37,943 nucleotides of DNA from a bacterium (GTDB taxonomy: Bacteria > Bacteroidota > Ignavibacteria > UBA10030): assembly GCA_043803945.1 (NCBI GenBank), contig JAZDJN010000055.1, positions 1-37,943 on the forward strand, given 5' to 3'. Shown one piece after another: positions 26,237 to 35,402 of this stretch (position 1 is the stretch's first letter; every line of letters starts with the position of its first letter). The position numbers were made by a program, and so were the translations under genes. The notes under the pieces were generated by a model that worked only from the letters and a program-made list of their open reading frames with translations, had not been told where the DNA came from and ran no database searches.

Positions 26237-29206
26237 TTAATTTTGGACAATAACGGTCTGGTTCATTCGGGGTGCCATGGCTGGCCACACAAGTTTCCTG
26301 CCGTCAGCGAGTGTAGATTCAACGTAATATTCAAAATCATCAAGTGCCGATGGCAGTATTGACTGGTACACAGCACGGGCCAAGTGTGTTGTTGTAACGG
26401 TCTGCCATGGACCACCGCCATACCGGCGGATTCTCACGGCAACTGATTTCACAGGTTGCTTGTCAATCGCGATTATTTTCAGTGTCAGCGATTCTTCCTT
26501 CGCAATACTACTACGCACGGTCGGTACGATGATGCGAGCCTGTCCGACATAGTTTTTCGACAATTCACATGTACTAGGAAGAGTTATACCGAGAGTATCA
26601 GTAAGTGCTTTGTCAAAGCTTGTGACAGCCTCTGCCCCCATACGGCTATGCTGTTCCAGGTTCGCTATGGTACCTAGCTCACCGGGCGTATCGGCAGCGC
26701 ATACTTCCAATTGGATGAGCTTTTCCCAGGTCCGGGACAGTTCTTCTCGGTACTTGAGAGCCTTTTCTGCTAGTTCCCCCTTTTTCATGACATCCTTTTC
26801 AGAAACTGCTTGCCTCAACACATTTGACAGATCGCCACGGATGCCGGCGATTTCGTACAGTACCACCGAAGCACGAAGCGTGTTGAGCCAGTAGTCGAAC
26901 CTGGCCAGGTTACCCGCACTCTTCACCCTGGTGTGCAGTGCGGCAAACTTTTCGACAATGCCTCCCTTCTCCTTCGCTTGCTGGCGAAATGCACTATTGG
27001 TATTGATGTTGCCAGGACCGTTATGCCAATCCGTAGGATTCGAGCGAAATCCGAAGCCATCGAGCGAAGAGAGTAAAGCGCCAGCCTCTTTGGCTACTAC
27101 ATTGCCAAAATGTGCACCGGCGAAATCGGTATAGAAAGCTTCGGTCGGCATGGTACGGTCGTCCGGAGCCGGATTCTTCGTCCCATCGAAAGCGTCAGCT
27201 TCGTACCCATTACCTTCTTTACCTCCGCAATTGACGCTCCTGCTATAGGATTGCGCCTCCATCTGATTGACTACGGCAGTCATACCCTCTACCACAATTC
27301 CAGCGATAAGCGATTCACCCTCCTTGCGAATGAAATCTATTTTCAGAATACCATCAGTAACGACCACAGTTGAAACCTTGATATCGTGTGCTTTGTTCTT
27401 GCCCACTAAAGCAAAGATGTCAAGGTTGCTTGCCACCTGTTTACCCTGCACCTTCACATCGAAGATACGCTGGCCAGAAGCAGTATAGTGAGGCTCACAA
27501 AACTTAAGCGTGACCATGTAGGTACCATTAAGTATAGGCAATGTACAAGAACTCATATCGTAACGGACCGATTGATAGACCGACTGTTCTTTCGGAGACG
27601 CGCCTGCTATAGGAGTATTGAAAACTGCCGTCTGTCCCTTCGATTCTGATTTCACATCAAACGGTTTAATCGGTGATGTATCGAATCCGATTGGCACATA
27701 CGACTGGTCCCAGGCCGCTTGCGCCAATGCCGCGACATTCATCGCAAGGATCTTTGTGCGCCAATGAATTCCGATCAGGCCATCGCAACCAAGACGTCTA
27801 GCGTCTACAGCGTCATAGCGCATCCGTCCGACCCATGGCTGATAGCTGACCAAGTTCGGGTCATTTTCCATCCAGGGGATACTCCACTTAGGACGATCTT
27901 TAAGATTGGCAAAGGCATACTCCACCGATGAATGACCGACTTCACGATTGATGCAACTCATCGGGCAGTCTTTTGACAAAAATGCATCAAGCGCTGCGCG
28001 GTCATGCTGCGGCCCAAGCACCCAGCCGGAAGTAGCCAATTGCATGGACTTGCCCTGATCCTTGAGAACTTCGTAAGCGGTCAGTATATCTTTCTTTGTG
28101 GCTTCGAATTGTTCTGGTTTATTACCGCCCCAGGTCCATTCTTCCGGAGTCCACAGCCAGTAGTAATCCGCTGGCATTGCCGCCATGATGCGCTTAAACA
28201 TGCCGGTGTAAAGTTCGCGAACGACCTTTGAATCTTCTGGATCTTTGCCCAACCGCTTAAGACGTTCACTCAAGGCATCGGGAATTGTGATCGGCGTTTC
28301 AGTACCAATGCAAGTTTTGACGCCAAGCTTCTTTGCCTCGGTGAACACAACATACATCTGCTTGCCGACGCGGTTAAATAATTCATTACATTGCTCCACC
28401 GAAGTTGGTTTTGGCATCAAACCTTTCATCACGTCGGGGCCATAGTCATCTCTTGGAAACAGTTGTGCCGCACCTCCTATGAAATCCGAGGTCTTCATCG
28501 ATGCATAGCCCCAGGTGCCTTGCCTTGCCGTGCTATGCCAGTAAGACCAATAACTGAATTTTACCGTACCATCGGGATTCACATCTTGCGGTAAGCCGAT
28601 CCAGACCAGCGGCTCCGGTCCAACACCACCTTGGGGATACGTATGAAGGCCGAGAAAATTCATTCTCATCTTGGCCAGTTGGGCTACATATGCCAGGTAA
28701 TCATCCTGATTCCACCAATCCGGCCCTTCTGCAAAATCGTGGAAAGGTTGGATGCCACGCGTTGAGAAAAATGGTTTTGCAGTTTCGTTCAGTTTCGGTA
28801 GCTGCCAGTCTTGCAACTGCTCATCGGGGATAACATCGCCGTGCAAGTAAAACCGTACTCCCAGATGCTCGATAAAACGATACGCACCATAGAGCACCGA
28901 CACATCCGATCCACCGGCAATGGTCAGTGTATTTCCCTCCGTTTGCAGCCGGTACTCTTGTGATTCCAGGCTATTGTCGGTTTTCAGTACGATGATTTGA
29001 CCATGGGCGGATTCAGTAATCGGCAGTACTAAACCAGTACGCAAATAGACGTAACGACGGATCTCTTTTGCTGCGAGTTTGACGTTCGCTGACGAATTCG
29101 TGGGACAGATAATAGCAACCGGGCCGTTGTCAGTACTATCGACTGAATTTTCTGGACTAGCAGTGATTGTGATGGTCAGCGTAAATAGCAGTATTAGTGT
29201 TTTCAT
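26237..29206 (-). CDS. large secreted putative glycoside hydrolase (GH20b/GH67N-like domain, TIM barrel, inserted malectin, helical domain, C-terminal beta domain)
   Basis: Signal peptide, QEYRL...IAGGSDVSVLYGAYRFIEHLGVRF, P.FSTRG..P barrel start, malectin motifs YQSVRY/TLKFCE/QRIFDV/LDIF. Confidence 0.8.
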   Translation of the reverse strand: MKTLILLFTLTITITASPENSVDSTDNGPVAIICPTNSSANVKLAAKEIRRYVYLRTGLVLPITESAHGQIIVLKTDNSLESQEYRLQTEGNTLTIAGGSDVSVLYGAYRFIEHLGVRFYLHGDVIPDEQLQDWQLPKLNETAKPFFSTRGIQPFHDFAEGPDWWNQDDYLAYVAQLAKMRMNFLGLHTYPQGGVGPEPLVWIGLPQDVNPDGTVKFSYWSYWHSTARQGTWGYASMKTSDFIGGAAQLFPRDDYGPDVMKGLMPKPTSVEQCNELFNRVGKQMYVVFTEAKKLGVKTCIGTETPITIPDALSERLKRLGKDPEDSKVVRELYTGMFKRIMAAMPADYYWLWTPEEWTWGGNKPEQFEATKKDILTAYEVLKDQGKSMQLATSGWVLGPQHDRAALDAFLSKDCPMSCINREVGHSSVEYAFANLKDRPKWSIPWMENDPNLVSYQPWVGRMRYDAVDARRLGCDGLIGIHWRTKILAMNVAALAQAAWDQSYVPIGFDTSPIKPFDVKSESKGQTAVFNTPIAGASPKEQSVYQSVRYDMSSCTLPILNGTYMVTLKFCEPHYTASGQRIFDVKVQGKQVASNLDIFALVGKNKAHDIKVSTVVVTDGILKIDFIRKEGESLIAGIVVEGMTAVVNQMEAQSYSRSVNCGGKEGNGYEADAFDGTKNPAPDDRTMPTEAFYTDFAGAHFGNVVAKEAGALLSSLDGFGFRSNPTDWHNGPGNINTNSAFRQQAKEKGGIVEKFAALHTRVKSAGNLARFDYWLNTLRASVVLYEIAGIRGDLSNVLRQAVSEKDVMKKGELAEKALKYREELSRTWEKLIQLEVCAADTPGELGTIANLEQHSRMGAEAVTSFDKALTDTLGITLPSTCELSKNYVGQARIIVPTVRSSIAKEESLTLKIIAIDKQPVKSVAVRIRRYGGGPWQTVTTTHLARAVYQSILPSALDDFEYYVESTLADGRKLVWPAMAPRMNQTVIVQN

Positions 29207-29227
29207 TGGTCAAAGTCCTTTTGCATA

Positions 29228-30667
29228 CTATTTCCATAGCGTTTCCATCTTTTCCAAGGTTTTCCCTTTTGTTTCAGGAATCAGCTTCCAGACAAACCAA
29301 GCTGCCAAAAGGCACATGATTCCATAAACCCAATAAGAAAAAGCATGATTAAATAAATTGTTCAACCATGTACTTTTATCCATTATCGGAAAAGTGGATG
29401 AAATGATGTAATTTGAAATCCAGAGAACAGCAACGGCTGCCGCCATTGCTCTGCCGCGAATCCGATTGGGAAATATTTCGGATAACAGCACCCAGACGAC
29501 CGGCCCCCAGGAAACCGCAAATGAAGCGGTGTAGGAAAGCATAAACAGCAATGAGATTAAGCTCATTGTTTCAAAAAAGAATGTCATCCCGAGACCGATC
29601 ATTGAAATAGCCATCCCCAGTGCACCAATGATTAATAAAGGTTTTCGCCCAAACTTATCGACCGTAGAAATAGCGACGATGGTAAAACCCAAATTAATTC
29701 CACCAACAATTGTTGTTTGTAATAAAGAACTATCCCTCCCTTCGCCCATGCTCTTAAATATTTCAGGTGCATAGTATAGTACCACATTGATCCCGACAAA
29801 TTGTTGGAATATGGAAAGAAGAACACCAATCACAATCACGCGAAATCCAAAAGTAAGTACTTTTCCTGATGTTGTGTTAATGCTTGCTTTTATTTCATTA
29901 AGTTCAGAAAGGGCTCTTGCCGTATTAGTCACTTTTGTTAGTATCTGGAAAGCCGATTCATGCTTGTTTTTGATAACCAACCAACGCGGACTTTCCGGAA
30001 CAAAAAACAAGAATAAAAGAAATAGCGCTGCGGGCAATATTTCGGAGCCGAACATCCACCTCCAGCCAGAGCTGAACAGCCATGCATCATTACCTTGTTG
30101 TGCAATACCATAGTTCACAAAATAGACAACCAGCATGCCAAAAATGATGGCAAACTGATTCCATGAAACCAGCCTTCCGCGGATTTCTGCCGGTGCCATT
30201 TCTGCTATATACATGGGTGAAAGCATGGAAGCAAGCCCTACTCCAATTCCACCGAGCATCCGATAGAGAGTAAAGATGTAAATGAACGTATGATCAGCCT
30301 GGCCAATCGGTCGTATAAAAAGTTCCGGTATGGCAGATCCAATCGCAGAAATTAAAAACAACACCGCAGCCACCATCAAACCTTTTTTACGCCCAACTTT
30401 CATACTAATATATCCGCCAGATAGTCCTCCGATTATGCATCCGATTAATGCACTTGACACTACGAATCCCAACATGGAATTGGACGCTGTTTCGGATAGG
30501 CCAAAAGGTTCGATAAAAAATTTTTGCAGGGAATCTACCGTTCCTGAAATAACTGCCGTATCATAACCAAAAAGGAGACCACCAAGTGTAGCTACCAGTG
30601 TGACTGAAATAATAAAAGCCAGGTTGATTTCTTTTCCTGGCCCTTGGATTCTTTTTTCTGTTTCCAT
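29228..30667 (-). CDS. xylE: D-xylose:H+ symporter XylE (MFS sugar porter)
   Basis: GGLLFGYDTAVISG, GLASMLSPMYIAE, GRLVSWNQFAIIFG, PESPRW, QQFVGINVVLYYAPEIFK, WGPVVWVLLSEIFPN, PETKGKTLE. Confidence 0.9.
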   Translation of the reverse strand: METEKRIQGPGKEINLAFIISVTLVATLGGLLFGYDTAVISGTVDSLQKFFIEPFGLSETASNSMLGFVVSSALIGCIIGGLSGGYISMKVGRKKGLMVAAVLFLISAIGSAIPELFIRPIGQADHTFIYIFTLYRMLGGIGVGLASMLSPMYIAEMAPAEIRGRLVSWNQFAIIFGMLVVYFVNYGIAQQGNDAWLFSSGWRWMFGSEILPAALFLLFLFFVPESPRWLVIKNKHESAFQILTKVTNTARALSELNEIKASINTTSGKVLTFGFRVIVIGVLLSIFQQFVGINVVLYYAPEIFKSMGEGRDSSLLQTTIVGGINLGFTIVAISTVDKFGRKPLLIIGALGMAISMIGLGMTFFFETMSLISLLFMLSYTASFAVSWGPVVWVLLSEIFPNRIRGRAMAAAVAVLWISNYIISSTFPIMDKSTWLNNLFNHAFSYWVYGIMCLLAAWFVWKLIPETKGKTLEKMETLWK

Positions 30668-30722
30668 AATCGCAATAAAATAAGTAATGTTGACTGCCTC
30701 AAAATGCGCTTGAAATTTCTAA

Positions 30723-30739
30723 TTCAATCTATGTTCCCA
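30723..30739 (-). promoter_or_regulatory. sigma54 (-24/-12) promoter of xylE-GH, TTGA variant
   Basis: Minus strand TGGGAACATAGATTGAA, 13/17 identical to the site at 387-403. It lies 56 bp upstream of xylE and directly downstream of a sigma54 activator gene. Confidence 0.55.
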
Positions 30740-30860
30740 GAGACTAATCGAAGATCTCACCTGGAGAAGTCGACACCGTTCCTCTCAGGAAAAGCTGCAA
30801 ACCATGAGGATGTACGAAACAGGATTGGGAGATGTAATGAATCACCACTTTGTCATAGTA

Positions 30861-32312
30861 CTATTTTAATCCCAATTCCTTACACATCCGATAAAAATTC
30901 GATGGCGCGATGCCAAGCTTTTCAGCCGCGTTGGTATCGGAGCTTGAAATGCTTCTGACATATTTGAAGTACTTGAGGCGGAATGCTTTTTCCATCTCGC
31001 GCAGTGTCAACACCTGACCGGTGAAGAGTTCTTCAAAAGGGGCATCTTTTGAGATCACAATGTTTTTCAAAATCATCGGATTGCTCACCTCTTTGACACC
31101 GATATGATCGGTGCTATTCAGCACGAGGCGCTGCGCGACATTCCGCAGCTCACGTACATTTCCCGGCCATTTGTATTTCAATAAGATCTCTTGAGCTTTG
31201 GAATCCACCGATGGAGGCGGAACTCCCATTTCGATGCTAAAGCACTCCACGAAATAAGTAAAGAGCAGCATAATGTCTGAACCCCGCTGGCGAAGCGGAA
31301 CAACATCAATAGGGATGACATTGAGCCGATAGTAGAGGTCTTCACGGAAACGGCCATTGGAGATCTCTGACGCGAGGTTTTTATTCGTAGCAGCAATAAT
31401 CCGCACATTCACTGACATGCTCCCTGTGCGTCCGATTTTCTCGATTTCTCCCTCCTGAATAACGCGCAACAACTTCACCTGCGCAGAGAGTGAGAGCTCC
31501 GATACCTCGTCGAGAAATATCGTTCCGTTGTTGGCAATCTCGAAGAGTCCTGATTTATTACTGTGTGCTCCGGTAAATGCTCCTTTCTCATAACCGAACA
31601 ATTCACTCTCCACCAGTTCATGGGGAATGCTTCCGCAGTTGATGGGAATTAACTTCTCATACTTCCGCCGGCTGAGGAGGTGAATATTCCAGGCCACGAG
31701 TTCTTTACCAGTTCCGGATGCACCCGAAATGAGGATGTTTGCATCGCTCTTTGCATACTTATCAATCGACTCGTGTAATTGAACCATCGGTTTCGATTCA
31801 CCCAGCATCTTTTTCGACTCCAGCAAGCTCTCGATGCTCTGCATCAGCCGCTTATCCGATTTTAATTTATGCTTCTCCAGTTTCTTCTTCTCGTACGCAT
31901 TCACGATACTGAGAATAAAGTCTGTCGGCTGATAGATATAGTCCTCAATATTTCCGGGGTATTTCGTGCAGTACCAAAATGCCCCTGCCTTCAGCAGATT
32001 GTTCGCAAAATCGAAGTCCGTGGTATTGGTCGTCATTTTTGTGATCACAATAATCTGTAGAAAGGGGTCGAGTTCCTTAATTTTTTGGATCAGTTCCTCG
32101 CCGCGCAGACCACCCGAAATTTGGTAATCAAGGATCACAACATCATAATGATCGGGGTGCATCTGAACATGCTCGAGTGCGGCCTTGCCGTTTGAGACGA
32201 CGCTTTCCACCACAATTTTTGTGGATGAGAGCCTCAGAGTATTTTTTACGCGGGCGACATCAAAGTCTTCATCGTCCACCAACAACACCCGAATGACAGT
32301 CGAACTGGACAT
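30861..32312 (-). CDS. sigma54-dependent response regulator (REC-AAA+-HTH)
   Basis: LLVDDE, VILDYQI, GASGTGKE, GAFTGA, IFLDEVSE, WPGNVRELRN. Start moved to ATG 32312, which has AGGAG upstream. Confidence 0.93.
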   Translation of the reverse strand: MSSSTVIRVLLVDDEDFDVARVKNTLRLSSTKIVVESVVSNGKAALEHVQMHPDHYDVVILDYQISGGLRGEELIQKIKELDPFLQIIVITKMTTNTTDFDFANNLLKAGAFWYCTKYPGNIEDYIYQPTDFILSIVNAYEKKKLEKHKLKSDKRLMQSIESLLESKKMLGESKPMVQLHESIDKYAKSDANILISGASGTGKELVAWNIHLLSRRKYEKLIPINCGSIPHELVESELFGYEKGAFTGAHSNKSGLFEIANNGTIFLDEVSELSLSAQVKLLRVIQEGEIEKIGRTGSMSVNVRIIAATNKNLASEISNGRFREDLYYRLNVIPIDVVPLRQRGSDIMLLFTYFVECFSIEMGVPPPSVDSKAQEILLKYKWPGNVRELRNVAQRLVLNSTDHIGVKEVSNPMILKNIVISKDAPFEELFTGQVLTLREMEKAFRLKYFKYVRSISSSDTNAAEKLGIAPSNFYRMCKELGLK

Positions 32313-32320
32313 ATACGCTC

Positions 32321-33823
32321 CTAATGCTTGATTGTGATGATAAACCGGCAACCGCTGTAGTTCAGGTTCTCGACATCAAGCTGCCAGCCGCATTTGCCGA
32401 CAGCAAGCTGATGAGAGATATAGCAGCCGTATCCGGAATGGGACTCGATATGTTTTTTCGTTGTCTCATGCTCAAGGAAGAGTCTCTTGATACCCTTTGG
32501 GCCCGGTTTGAGAAGCTCGGGGGCAATACCCTTGCCATTATCCGAGATGAAAATATACGACGTGCGGTCGGTTGGGTCATACTTGGTCTGGATCTGGATC
32601 GTCACATAGCTGACACCGCAGTGATCAATACTATTCTGAATAATGGGTTCAAGAATTTCCCAGACATTAAATTCATTCACATGAACCAGGGGGAGTGCAG
32701 GGTCCAACTCCAACTTTAAATCGAACATTTCATTCTTGCTCGAGAGCCGCAGGAACACGTGCTGGACAATAAATTCGATCACCGTATTCACATTGGTGCG
32801 AAACATCGGATTAATGATGGTATTAATATCCTGATCGTACCACTTCATATCGTAGATGATCCGGGAGATAAAATTCGAATACGTAATCACCCGCTGTTTA
32901 TACTCCCCCAAATTATCGGCATTCATTTTCCGGACATCATCTTTGATGAATCCCATGATCTTTTCCGCTTTATGGTGGGTGTGGTACATCCGTTTTGTGA
33001 ACAGCGACTCCTTCTCCAGGCGAATCTGTTTGCGGAGATTCTCCTCATGCTCGAGAAACAACTCCTCCTGTACCTGGTTACGTTCACGGACAGCCCGCGA
33101 AGAGACGATGAAGATTGCAATAAGGCCGACAAGAATGAGGGCAGAAAAAATGAGCGACACCTTATCGAAACTCGACTGGATTTCCGACGTCAGGAAGGTG
33201 AAGTCCGGCGTGATGCGCATGTACAGCACACCGAGGTATTCGCCATCCGGGACGAAGGGAACAATGACATCAAACGTTTTTTCATTGGTGACGGCACTTA
33301 GAATTTTTTCGTTTCGGCGTACCTCGTCTTTCACCCGGAGAAAAAACTGAAGAGCGGTGGTGTGAGGATTCCGGACGCCATCCTCTGCCGGTTTCAGCGA
33401 ACCGCTGAAATAGGATGAGAGCTTGAGCCCATTATCGATAATATAGATACGCTGGTCCCGTGCCAGAATCAGACAGATATCTTCCACGCTGCGATGAATC
33501 AACTGCTGCTTAAACACCACATTCAAGGAATGGGCGATGCTATACTCGGTGGAATCCTGCTGGGCACGGAGACGCTGCTGCCGCTCGAAGAGCAGCTCGA
33601 CGTTCGTCGTTGTCACCAACGCAAGGCGTTCAGCATAGTATTTCTGGAACCAACTCTGGGTATCCAGTAAAAAGTTACTGAGCGTGTCTTTCTGGAAAAA
33701 GATAAGAATAATCTGAAAAGAGATTAGAATGAAGAAAATGACGATGATATGCCGGATCTCGAGTTGATAGCGGGAGATCTTTGCTTTGATCTTTTCCGGC
33801 AGGTGAATGCGGAACCAAGGCAT
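32321..33823 (-). CDS. atypical membrane sensor histidine kinase
   Basis: Two TM helices flanking a ~180-aa extracytoplasmic domain, putative H-box KRMYHTHHKAEK, N-box LEPIIQNSIDH, G1 ISDNGKGI, G2 HSGYGCYI. Confidence 0.85.
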   Translation of the reverse strand: MPWFRIHLPEKIKAKISRYQLEIRHIIVIFFILISFQIILIFFQKDTLSNFLLDTQSWFQKYYAERLALVTTTNVELLFERQQRLRAQQDSTEYSIAHSLNVVFKQQLIHRSVEDICLILARDQRIYIIDNGLKLSSYFSGSLKPAEDGVRNPHTTALQFFLRVKDEVRRNEKILSAVTNEKTFDVIVPFVPDGEYLGVLYMRITPDFTFLTSEIQSSFDKVSLIFSALILVGLIAIFIVSSRAVRERNQVQEELFLEHEENLRKQIRLEKESLFTKRMYHTHHKAEKIMGFIKDDVRKMNADNLGEYKQRVITYSNFISRIIYDMKWYDQDINTIINPMFRTNVNTVIEFIVQHVFLRLSSKNEMFDLKLELDPALPLVHVNEFNVWEILEPIIQNSIDHCGVSYVTIQIQTKYDPTDRTSYIFISDNGKGIAPELLKPGPKGIKRLFLEHETTKKHIESHSGYGCYISHQLAVGKCGWQLDVENLNYSGCRFIITIKH

Positions 33824-33825
33824 GA

Positions 33826-35139
33826 TTATCTCCCTCCCGACTCAGAATCTTCTGAGACAATCGCAGTATGGACACGCCGGAGCGCGTCATCGACCGATAT
33901 TTTTCCCATGATCGCCAGTGAGAAGTAACGCGCCATGATCTTGGAATACTTCGTGTAATTTTCTCCTAAAGGCCGATGAGCACCAAATGTCATCAATTCG
34001 TTAATCGCTGCAATTTCGGGATATCGCCGGAGAAATGTCGTATCCGAATAAAAAGAATTAATCACTGGGTAATACCCACCCAAGGTGTAAAAGATTTCCT
34101 GTGATTGATCCTCGAGTAAAAATTTGACAAAGTCTATTGCTGCCTCTTTTTTTGTACTCGCCTTCGAAACCATGATATTCCATCCGCCAAAGACCGATTT
34201 CGGTTTTCCTCCCGCCGGATACGGAATCGGCGCCATCCGCAAATGCTGTTCTTTTTCACGATCGATCGCTTCATATTTGAAATCCTTTTCATAGCTCGTC
34301 CAGCCGCGAATAAACAACCCATCGTGCCGGATGAAATAGGCATAGCTCGGCACCTCGGTAAAGTTGCTCACGGCGCGTGGCGTTGCGGAGTAGGTATGAA
34401 CGAGATCGACAAGCAATTGGAGTGCTTTTTTTGTTTCGGGGGTATCGAAGCGAAAACCGACGGTTTCAAAATAATCAGGCCGGAGGCTCAACACCAGTTC
34501 AATGTAGCTGCAAATCAGCCCCTCGTAATCGGCAGCGGGAAAAATATAGAAAGGCCCCTTCCAATTCAATCTCGCTTGCAACTGCAAGAATTGAGCCCAG
34601 GTCATACCTTTCCGAATCTGTTGGAAAGTCTGATCACTCCTAGGAAATTGTTTCAGTAAATCTTCCCGGTAATACATCACACCCAGAACGATATCGAGCG
34701 GTACAGCCACCAACTCGCCTTCATGGTAACAGGTTTCCATTGCCTTTGCCCGAACTCTCTTGCGTTCCGCATCAGTGAAGTACTTTCCCAACGGTTCACA
34801 CCATTTCGCGAACCGATGGACCCAGATCACATCCACTGCAAGCACATCAATCGCGTCGTCCTCCCCCCGCAAGGACCGGGCAAGTAATTCTTTCCGGGTA
34901 TCGGTATTGAATTCAGAGTTGGGGAAGTCTATCGGAACCACCTTGATCGATCCGGCATGGAGAGCATTATAACGATTGATGAGGAGATGATGCGCTTCCG
35001 TCATGCGATCAGCAAAGTAGATTTCCGTGACTGTCGGTTCCTGCCGGTGAGTAAATAAATAGAACACCAGAACATAGATCAAAACGACAGCGGTAAAGAT
35101 ACCGATCCCGAGAATTTGTCTACTTGTCATAAGAGGCAC
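33826..35139 (-). CDS. extracellular sugar-binding protein (ABC SBP family 1-like), membrane-anchored
   Basis: N-terminal TM, DVLAVDVIWV, LVAVP....GVMYYREDLL, TWAQF, FGGWNIMVSK.SKKEAAIDFVKFL. Start may be 35130. Confidence 0.88.
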   Translation of the reverse strand: MPLMTSRQILGIGIFTAVVLIYVLVFYLFTHRQEPTVTEIYFADRMTEAHHLLINRYNALHAGSIKVVPIDFPNSEFNTDTRKELLARSLRGEDDAIDVLAVDVIWVHRFAKWCEPLGKYFTDAERKRVRAKAMETCYHEGELVAVPLDIVLGVMYYREDLLKQFPRSDQTFQQIRKGMTWAQFLQLQARLNWKGPFYIFPAADYEGLICSYIELVLSLRPDYFETVGFRFDTPETKKALQLLVDLVHTYSATPRAVSNFTEVPSYAYFIRHDGLFIRGWTSYEKDFKYEAIDREKEQHLRMAPIPYPAGGKPKSVFGGWNIMVSKASTKKEAAIDFVKFLLEDQSQEIFYTLGGYYPVINSFYSDTTFLRRYPEIAAINELMTFGAHRPLGENYTKYSKIMARYFSLAIMGKISVDDALRRVHTAIVSEDSESGGR

Positions 35140-35402
35140 TGTTCCCTTCCGTGGTTGATTCTGCAGTACTGTGCTCTATGCCTTCTGCGGGGATAATTTG
35201 GCATCTTGTTCCGGCAAAGTCAAACTGATTACGAAAGCTGTCAACGAGGAGAAGGCTGTCTTATCCGAGTCGCAATTCAGGTTCGCTGAGTAAAACAGAG
35301 ATTCAGAGAATTCTCAACTACTGCAATCCTATGATAACAATTTCTCCCGATTCTCATTGCGCGAATACGCGCCCGGACAATACCCGCGGGAACGACCTGA
35401 CC

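Noticed and set aside
30755-30767. TCTCA-CCT-GGAGA near-palindrome as activator site for xylE
   Set aside because: Closer to the -24 box than typical enhancers and only a single weak copy.
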